Assembly (NCBI GenBank): GCA_023133275.1
Contig: JAGLWU010000021.1
Span: forward strand, 1,341-65,340
DNA length: 64,000 bases
Reading direction: 5' to 3'
From: Candidatus Moraniibacteriota bacterium
GTDB taxonomy: Bacteria > Patescibacteriota > Minisyncoccia > Moranbacterales > GCA-2747515
Made by a program: the position numbers and the translations under genes. The notes below the pieces were generated by a model that was not told the DNA's origin, searched no databases, and saw only the letters and a list, made by a program, of their open reading frames with translations. Shown in pieces: positions 58,149 to 64,000 of this stretch (its first letter is position 1; each line of letters begins with the position of its first letter).

Positions 58149-60770
58149 CTATTTCTTATCTTTCTTATATCTAAAAATGCTAGCAATAAAAGCTGTTGCC
58201 ACGAACATTGATGAATAAGTCCCTGCAATCACACCAACTAACATTGCAATCGCAAAACTCTGCAATGACTCACCACCGAACAAAATAACTGATACCAACA
58301 CAACAACCACCGTAAGCGAAGTATTCATTGATCTCGCCAAAGATTCATTCAACGAACGATTCAACAACTTCTCAAATTTTCCAGTCTCTCGTGTACGAAT
58401 AACATTTTCCCGAATACGATCATAAACCACAATCGTATCATTCACAGAATAACCTAAAATTGTCAGCAAAGCCGCAACAAATGGAATTCCAATTTCAATA
58501 TTGTAAAAATAACCCAAAAATGCAAATACTCCCAACACAATAATTATATCATGAGTCAACGCCAATACCGCTCCAATACCATAATTCCAAGATGAAACAG
58601 GAAAAGAAACTTTACGAAAAGCTATAGCAATGTAAATCAGAATAGCTATCACCGAAAGAATAATCGCTTTGAACGCCCCGCTTTTTAATTGTTCAGAAAT
58701 AGTCGCTCCGATAAAATCAGTTCGTAATTGCTCAGCCTGAGGATCGATTTCTCTCACTGCCGTTAAAACTCTTTGATTAAATTCTTCACTCGCTTGTTTG
58801 TATCGAATAATAATGTGATTATTATCACTCTCTTGCAAAGTAAAACTTTCATTGCAACCATCTTCACCTATGATTTGACAAACTTTTTCCGTATCTGGCA
58901 TTCCAATACCATCTGAAATTTTAAACTCAGTCAAAGTTCCACCAACAAAATCAATTCCTAATTTTAAGCCGAAATTTGAAAGTGCAAAAATACTTATTCC
59001 AATCAAACCAGCTGAAAAAATGTAAGTAAACTTTCTCTTATTAATAATTTGCAAAAACTTTTTTTCTTTAGCATTTTCAATTTCAACCTTTTTCTTAAAA
59101 CCAAAAATTAACCAAGTATTATTTTCTAACCAATCTCGAGAAATAAATTTAACAATAATTTTCACTAAAACAATCGCCGTGAACATTGAAATCAACACAC
59201 CAATAATCAAAATTAAAGCAAAGCCTTTCACAAAACCAGCGCCGATCATCATCAAGATGAAAGATGTAATAATCGTAGAATAATTACCATCACGAATAGA
59301 TGACCACGCACGTTCAAAACCTTCGTTCACTGAATATTTCAAAGATTTTCCTTTTTTCAATTCTTCCTTGATTCTTTCAAAAATGAGAATATTTGCATCC
59401 ACCGCCATACCAACGGATAAAATAAGTCCCGCAATTCCTGCTAAAGTTAAAGTAATTGCCATTCCTTGAGGCATCGTTCCTGAAATTTTAAAAATTGAAA
59501 CAATGGTCGTTGCATAAATCATCAAAGCTACTGCCGCCACAACACCAAATACTCGATAATAAAAAATCATGTAAATCATCGTCAAAATCAAACCGATCAA
59601 TCCAGCTTTCAGTCCCATAGCCAAGGATTCCATTCCCAATGATGCTCCAATACTCTGCTGTGAAACTAATTTAATTGGCACTGGCAATGCACCCTCATTC
59701 ATTCTTTTCACTAAATTTTTTGCCTCTTCAACCGTAAAATTTCCACTAATCACCGCTTGACCTGTTGTAATTTCATCGTTGACAACTGGTGCACTTATTA
59801 CTTCATTATCAAGAAAAATAGCTACCGTTTTTTCTAAATTTCGTTTTGTAATTTCTGCAAAAAGTTTTGTACCCTCATCATTAAATTCTAAACTAACACT
59901 TGGAGTACCTAATCCAACTCCGCCACCAGAAAAACTAACATCCGCTCGCTCCAAGTGTTTTCCATCCAAATCAGTCGCTTTATATTTTTCTGGAACTTTT
60001 TTAAAAAAATCTAAAGAATATAAAATTTTTGCTTTAATTTTTTTTTCTTCTCCCTCACCTTGAGTCTCTAATTTCTTAACAAGCAAATAACTTTCGTCTG
60101 TTTCAAGTATTCCATTGTACACAGAACCATTATTTAAATCATCTGAAAAAATAACATCATCAATAGAACTTGATAATTGTCCTTTTTCAAAAAATTGCAA
60201 ATCCTCATCAGAAATATTTAAACCAATCTTTGTATTTTCTTCATTGTAAATATCATCAAAATTCTCACCATTATTAATTCTATCCAAAACTGCTTGAGCA
60301 TTCTTTTTTACAAATTGCTCATTCACAGAAACATAAATTTTCTTTTCTTCCTCCAATTCTTCCTCAGTTTTTTCCTCTCTAAATTGTAAAAATGGAGTTT
60401 TATCAATCACATTTTTCACATCTGCAACATCCTCCGCTCCAGGAAATTCTACAATAAGAAAATTCTGATCACCACGTTTTGCATGCTGAACAACTGGCTC
60501 ACCAACACCATAAGCATTTACTCGCCGCTCAACAACCGCTTGCACAGAATCAATCGCTTCACCTTTTTTATCATCAGGAACTTGCGACAAATCCATTTCA
60601 TATTCAAGGTGTAATCCTCCCTGTAAATCAAGTCCCAAATTAATTTGAAATTTATCTAAACTCTCTTGAGCTTTCGCGGGTAAGTATGGTATTTTCGGCA
60701 CTGCAATTCCGCCCACCAATATTGCGAAAAGTACCACTAAAATAAACTTTTGTCTAATTTTCTTATTCAT
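58149..60770 (-). CDS. secDF: Protein translocase subunit SecDF (fused)
   Basis: SecD N-terminus (LGLDLQGGLHLEYEMD). Large periplasmic domain. Two 6-TM bundles. SecF start region GIDFVGGTLTEF. 873 aa. Confidence 0.9.
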   Translation of the reverse strand: MNKKIRQKFILVVLFAILVGGIAVPKIPYLPAKAQESLDKFQINLGLDLQGGLHLEYEMDLSQVPDDKKGEAIDSVQAVVERRVNAYGVGEPVVQHAKRGDQNFLIVEFPGAEDVADVKNVIDKTPFLQFREEKTEEELEEEKKIYVSVNEQFVKKNAQAVLDRINNGENFDDIYNEENTKIGLNISDEDLQFFEKGQLSSSIDDVIFSDDLNNGSVYNGILETDESYLLVKKLETQGEGEEKKIKAKILYSLDFFKKVPEKYKATDLDGKHLERADVSFSGGGVGLGTPSVSLEFNDEGTKLFAEITKRNLEKTVAIFLDNEVISAPVVNDEITTGQAVISGNFTVEEAKNLVKRMNEGALPVPIKLVSQQSIGASLGMESLAMGLKAGLIGLILTMIYMIFYYRVFGVVAAVALMIYATTIVSIFKISGTMPQGMAITLTLAGIAGLILSVGMAVDANILIFERIKEELKKGKSLKYSVNEGFERAWSSIRDGNYSTIITSFILMMIGAGFVKGFALILIIGVLISMFTAIVLVKIIVKFISRDWLENNTWLIFGFKKKVEIENAKEKKFLQIINKRKFTYIFSAGLIGISIFALSNFGLKLGIDFVGGTLTEFKISDGIGMPDTEKVCQIIGEDGCNESFTLQESDNNHIIIRYKQASEEFNQRVLTAVREIDPQAEQLRTDFIGATISEQLKSGAFKAIILSVIAILIYIAIAFRKVSFPVSSWNYGIGAVLALTHDIIIVLGVFAFLGYFYNIEIGIPFVAALLTILGYSVNDTIVVYDRIRENVIRTRETGKFEKLLNRSLNESLARSMNTSLTVVVVLVSVILFGGESLQSFAIAMLVGVIAGTYSSMFVATAFIASIFRYKKDKK

Positions 60771-60955
60771 ATTGTTTGTAATTTATTAAATTTCTTTGAA
60801 AAAAATTCTGCTTTATCATAAAACATTTTCGCAAACTATCTTTTGTAATTTTAACTAAGATGAATTTAAAAATATTTATCACACGATAAAAACAAAACTC
60901 GATAATTTCAAGCTTTTTTTATTCTACTATAAAAACTTAAGATTGTCATATTTTG

Positions 60956-61262
60956 TGCTCGCCGCACGGGCTTTTCAACAAAAGGTCATGGTCCCTTGTT
61001 GAAATTCTAAAACATTTTTGTTATCAAAATTTTAGGTTTGCCACTGGCAAACCCCTACAATTTTTTATCATTTAAGTTTCTTGTCATTCTAAACGGATTT
61101 ATTTTTTCTTTAGAAAAAATAAAGGAATGAAGATTCCCTCACGAAAAATCATTAAACTTTAAATTTACTAAAAGTATCAGAAAAACTTATCTAGATTCTT
61201 CACTTCATAAATTTTTTTACAAAAAATTTATTTCGTTCAGAATGACAGGAAATTTTAAAATT
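60956..61262. repeat. Mosaic repeat element (modules A+B1+F+C/C' inverted pair), copy R8
   Basis: GTGCTCGCCGCACGGGC. TTTTCAACAAAAGGTCATGGTCCCTTGTTGAAATTCTAAAA. GGTTTGCCACTGGCAAACC. TGTCATTCTAAACGG (61092) and inverse CGTTCAGAATGACAGG (61237). Confidence 0.8.
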
Positions 61263-62427
61263 TAATCTTCTCCTCCACAAACTCCAAAATTCTATCTTTA
61301 AAAACATCTTTATCAAACTTCTCCGCAGATTTTTTAATAATATTTTTATCATAAAAATTCTCATTATCCAAAAATCGTCGCACACCATCCGCCAAAACCT
61401 CAACCGTCGGAGCATTAAAAAACTCTCCCGTAACACCTTCCTGAACAATCTCCCTCGCTCCACCTTTCCGCAAAGCAATCACTGGCAATCTAGCATTCAA
61501 CGCCTCCACGCACACAATTCCAAAATCATCCTCAGACGGAAAAATAAACGCCCGAGAATTATTTAAAATTTTCTGTTTTACCTTTTCATCCACCCAACCT
61601 AAAATTTGAATATTTTTACCAGCAATTTTTTCTAAATGTTTTCTCTCCTCACCATCACCAATCACAATCAACGGCAAATTTAATTTATTAAAAGCTTTCA
61701 CAGTCAACACCACATTTTTATAAGTAGAAAGCCGAGAGATAATCATGAAAGGTTTTTTTGAGTTTTTTCCGCATCCTCCCTTTTCTGAACAAGGGGTCAT
61801 GACCCCTTGTTCATCAAAATAATTTTCTACAAATTCAACTGGTGGATAGATAATTTCTGAATCACGTCGATAATATTTAGAAATTCTCGCTTGAGTGTAT
61901 TTTGAATTTGCAATTAAAAAATCTGGTCGCTTACTCGCCTGTGCATCCCAAATCCGCAAATAACTTAAAATTTGTCGCACAATAAAATTACTTTTAAAAT
62001 TTTTATTTCGCTTTAGATATTTTTCATTTTCATCCCAAATAAAACGCATTGGCGAATGAATGTAAGCGATGTGTTTCGTGTCAACTCGAGTTACAATTCC
62101 CTTACTCCACGCTCCCGAACTGGAAATCACCAAATCAAAATCTCGCAAATTGTAAGTTTCCACTGCCGAAGCGTAAAAAGGTAAAAGCCACCGATGATGT
62201 TTTCGAATAAACTTTGGAAATTTTTGTAAAAAAGAAGTATGGATTTTTTTGTCTTCAAACATTTTCTTCATGTTTTTTTCGTCATAAAGCAAAGTGTAAA
62301 TCGGTGCTTCGGGAAATATTTCGCAAAGTGTTTCTAATACTTTTTCCGCCCCTCCTTGATAAATTAAAAAATCATGAACAAGAGCAATTTTTAAGTTTTT
62401 AGTTTTTTTTGGATTTGTACTTGACAT
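61255..62427 (-). CDS. GT4-family (glycosyl transferase group 1) glycosyltransferase with in-frame B1-repeat insertion
   Basis: Start at MSSTNPKKTKNLKIALVHDF (internal to the longer ORF). GT4 C-domain (AFIFPSEDDFGIVCVEAL). Bases 61779-61813 match repeat module B1 and encode EQGVMTPCSEKGGCG. Confidence 0.75.
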   Translation of the reverse strand: MSSTNPKKTKNLKIALVHDFLIYQGGAEKVLETLCEIFPEAPIYTLLYDEKNMKKMFEDKKIHTSFLQKFPKFIRKHHRWLLPFYASAVETYNLRDFDLVISSSGAWSKGIVTRVDTKHIAYIHSPMRFIWDENEKYLKRNKNFKSNFIVRQILSYLRIWDAQASKRPDFLIANSKYTQARISKYYRRDSEIIYPPVEFVENYFDEQGVMTPCSEKGGCGKNSKKPFMIISRLSTYKNVVLTVKAFNKLNLPLIVIGDGEERKHLEKIAGKNIQILGWVDEKVKQKILNNSRAFIFPSEDDFGIVCVEALNARLPVIALRKGGAREIVQEGVTGEFFNAPTVEVLADGVRRFLDNENFYDKNIIKKSAEKFDKDVFKDRILEFVEEKIKF

Positions 62428-62446
62428 AATAATAATATAAAATTCA
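62401..62446 (+). promoter_or_regulatory. Promoter cassette copy e (TTGACA + (AAT)3 + ATAAAA), overlapping the divergent GT4 start codon
   Basis: agtttttttttggatttgtacTTGACAtaataataatataaaattc. Confidence 0.55.
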
Positions 62447-62512
62447 ATATTAGCTAACTCCTCACAAAATTGAGGAAAATTGTTCATTTAAAGAAAGAGG
62501 GAGATATAAAAA

Positions 62513-62749
62513 ATGGAATTATTAAAAGAAACTATAACTAATACCTATTGGGAATCAGGAAAAAAGGGATTTATCGCTTATTTGTTCACATCTTTCAGCA
62601 TTATATTTCCGATTGTAATATGGTTAATTTCTTCTGAAATTTCTTCTGCAGAATCCTGTGGTATAGCGGGAATATCACTTGGCATTGGTTTGCTTTTATC
62701 CGCAACAATTATAGAGCAAAATATGTACAAAAAAGCGAAAGCTGACTGA
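62513..62749 (+). CDS. Small 2-TM membrane protein (cassette-driven ORF e)
   Basis: 78 aa. GAGGGAG RBS. Terminator GGCTATCTT-cctgc-AAGATAGCC + GTTTTTATTTTT at 62797-62831. Confidence 0.5.
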   Translation: MELLKETITNTYWESGKKGFIAYLFTSFSIIFPIVIWLISSEISSAESCGIAGISLGIGLLLSATIIEQNMYKKAKAD

Positions 62750-62796
62750 AAAAAAGTGTCATTCAATCAATCAACATCCTCGAAAGTATACTCCAA

Positions 62797-62831
62797 GGCT
62801 ATCTTCCTGCAAGATAGCCGTTTTTATTTTT
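62797..62831 (+). terminator. Rho-independent terminator
   Basis: 9-bp stem, 5-nt loop, then a T-run. Confidence 0.7.
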
Positions 62832-62859
62832 AAAAGTCTGTTTATCTAAAACAATCTAT

Positions 62860-63963
62860 CTATCCCATCCGCAAAACTTTTGCCATTAACTTCGCACAAC
62901 GATCCCAACTAAATCTCTTAATATTCTCATAGCCCCTATTAATAACATCATTCCGCTTTTCCTGATCACTAATCAAAACATGAATCTTCTCCGCAATTTC
63001 CGCTGGCACGTGAGGATCCGCCATCAAAGCACTTTCCAGAGCCGTCTCCTTCAACGAAGAATGATCAGAAGTAACCACTGGCACACCAACTTGCTGAGCT
63101 TCTAAAATCGGTAAACCAAAGCCTTCGTACAAAGTCGGAAAAACAAAAACCGAAGCATTTCGTAAAAAAGCCCACTTCTCTTGATCAGTCACAAAACCAG
63201 TCAAAAGAATATCATCCTTATATTCATGTTCTTCCAATTCCTCTTCAATATATTTCCAACCAAAACCAGTCTTTCCCGCTAAAACCAATTTATGAGGCAT
63301 ACGAAAATGAGTCTTTAAAATCTCAAACGCTTTTAAAATATTCACAATATTCTTCCGCTCCTCTAAACGCCCTACAAAAAATAAATACTTTTTTCTTTCC
63401 AATCCATTTCTTTGTAGTAAAATTGTATCGTAATGTTCCTCACTTTCGCAAACAGGATTCACACCTTCATAAATTACCCGCATTTTAGTTTCAGGTACTT
63501 TGTAATAATCAACCAAATCCTTTTTCGTATTATTCGAAACACAAATAATTCGTTTTGCCCACTTACAAGAATTTCGAATTCCTCGCCGCATTGTTCGATA
63601 CTCTTTTTTAGAATAAGCCTCAGGATAAATTTCATATTCAATTCCGTGAATAACCGTTGTTGTATTTTTTGGATGAATTGGCGGAACAATATGACTAGAA
63701 ATCAAAAGTCGATCTGGCCAATGAAAAAGAATTTCCCAAGAAAGTCGCCAATAAGTCCAAAACCGTCTCGCCGCCAATTCCTTAACCTCCCAATTCGGTG
63801 GTAAATTAAAATCAATATTCTCCTCAGTCCCTTTTCGCAAATACAAAATGACCTGTTCATCCAATAAATACTTTCTCAAATGTTTAATAAGTTGATAAGA
63901 ATATTCCTCAATCCCAGTTCGCTCATGAAGAAAAGCTTTCGAAGCATCAATCGCAATACGCAT
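62860..63963 (-). CDS. GT4-family glycosyltransferase
   Basis: EX7E-type motif region FFVGRLEERKNIVNILKAF...FPTLYEGFGLPILEAQQVGVPVV. Confidence 0.8.
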   Translation of the reverse strand: MRIAIDASKAFLHERTGIEEYSYQLIKHLRKYLLDEQVILYLRKGTEENIDFNLPPNWEVKELAARRFWTYWRLSWEILFHWPDRLLISSHIVPPIHPKNTTTVIHGIEYEIYPEAYSKKEYRTMRRGIRNSCKWAKRIICVSNNTKKDLVDYYKVPETKMRVIYEGVNPVCESEEHYDTILLQRNGLERKKYLFFVGRLEERKNIVNILKAFEILKTHFRMPHKLVLAGKTGFGWKYIEEELEEHEYKDDILLTGFVTDQEKWAFLRNASVFVFPTLYEGFGLPILEAQQVGVPVVTSDHSSLKETALESALMADPHVPAEIAEKIHVLISDQEKRNDVINRGYENIKRFSWDRCAKLMAKVLRMG

Positions 63964-64000
63964 ATTTTATTTTTATTATTTAGATTTATATATTATAGCA

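Noticed and set aside
26749-61262. CRISPR array formed by the recurring GTGCTCGCCGCACGGGC-containing repeats
   Set aside because: Copies are kilobases apart, irregularly spaced, mosaic in composition and separated by genes. There is no regular repeat-spacer periodicity and no cas genes.
1-64000. tRNA, rRNA, tmRNA or RNase P genes in GC-richer patches (e.g. 26560-27000, 45640-45880, 57597-57741)
   Set aside because: No cloverleaf-compatible segments with T-loop GTTCRA or anticodon-stem features were found by eye. The GC-rich patches are explained by the repeat family. A covariance-model scan would be needed to exclude small ncRNAs.

Overview
This is a 64 kb window of very AT-rich (about 28-30% GC) bacterial DNA. 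Its gene content looks like a small-genome, probably CPR-type (Candidate Phyla Radiation) or similarly reduced anaerobic bacterium. About 85% of genes are on the minus strand, and standard stop codons are in use. Long ORFs are intact across TGA, which argues against UGA recoding.

Housekeeping genes that can be called with reasonable confidence are ispH, tyrS, pgk, rplY/ctc, dnaJ, secDF, rubrerythrin, desulfoferrodoxin, a UDP-sugar dehydrogenase, a NUDIX hydrolase, an HD hydrolase, a metallophosphoesterase, a CaCA antiporter and an AlkD-like glycosylase.

The first ~24.5 kb is a dense surface-glycan island. It holds a GT4+GT2 fusion glycosyltransferase (truncated at the window edge). It also holds at least five PMT/ArnT-type GT-C membrane glycosyltransferases, three of them close paralogs with a shared (E/Q)(L/I)DQARD loop motif. 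Further members are an ALG10/DIE2-like GT-C protein, two paralogous GH28-like beta-helix hydrolases, a DKNYY-repeat protein and a NosD-like beta-helix protein. More GT2/GT4 genes sit at the 3' end. Other notable proteins are a sortase with thrombospondin-type-3 Ca-binding repeats next to a TSP3-repeat protein, a transmembrane PP2C phosphatase with an extracellular beta-propeller, a LysM+LytR_C envelope protein, and a VirD4/TraG-like (T4CP-like) ATPase with a C-terminal zinc ribbon flanked by two membrane proteins. No tRNA, rRNA, CRISPR array or transposase was found.

The most unusual signals are non-genic. (i) A family of GC-rich mosaic palindromic repeats built from modules such as GTGCTCGCCGCACGGGC and TTCTGAACAAGGGGTCATGACCCCTTGTTGAA occupies at least eight intergenic sites. 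It is also inserted in frame inside three glycosyltransferase genes, much as Rickettsia palindromic elements (RPEs) are. (ii) A conserved promoter cassette, TTGACA followed by an (AAT)n microsatellite of 3-7 units, occurs five times, each time upstream of an unrelated small plus-strand ORF. Two copies overlap the shared MSST.PKK N-termini of divergent glycosyltransferase genes. (iii) A 28-aa hydrophobic peptide gene with a textbook sigma70 promoter and Shine-Dalgarno sequence lies in the rubrerythrin/desulfoferrodoxin cluster and looks like a type I toxin. (iv) The beta-helix gene has a decayed 5' region containing an A8 tract.
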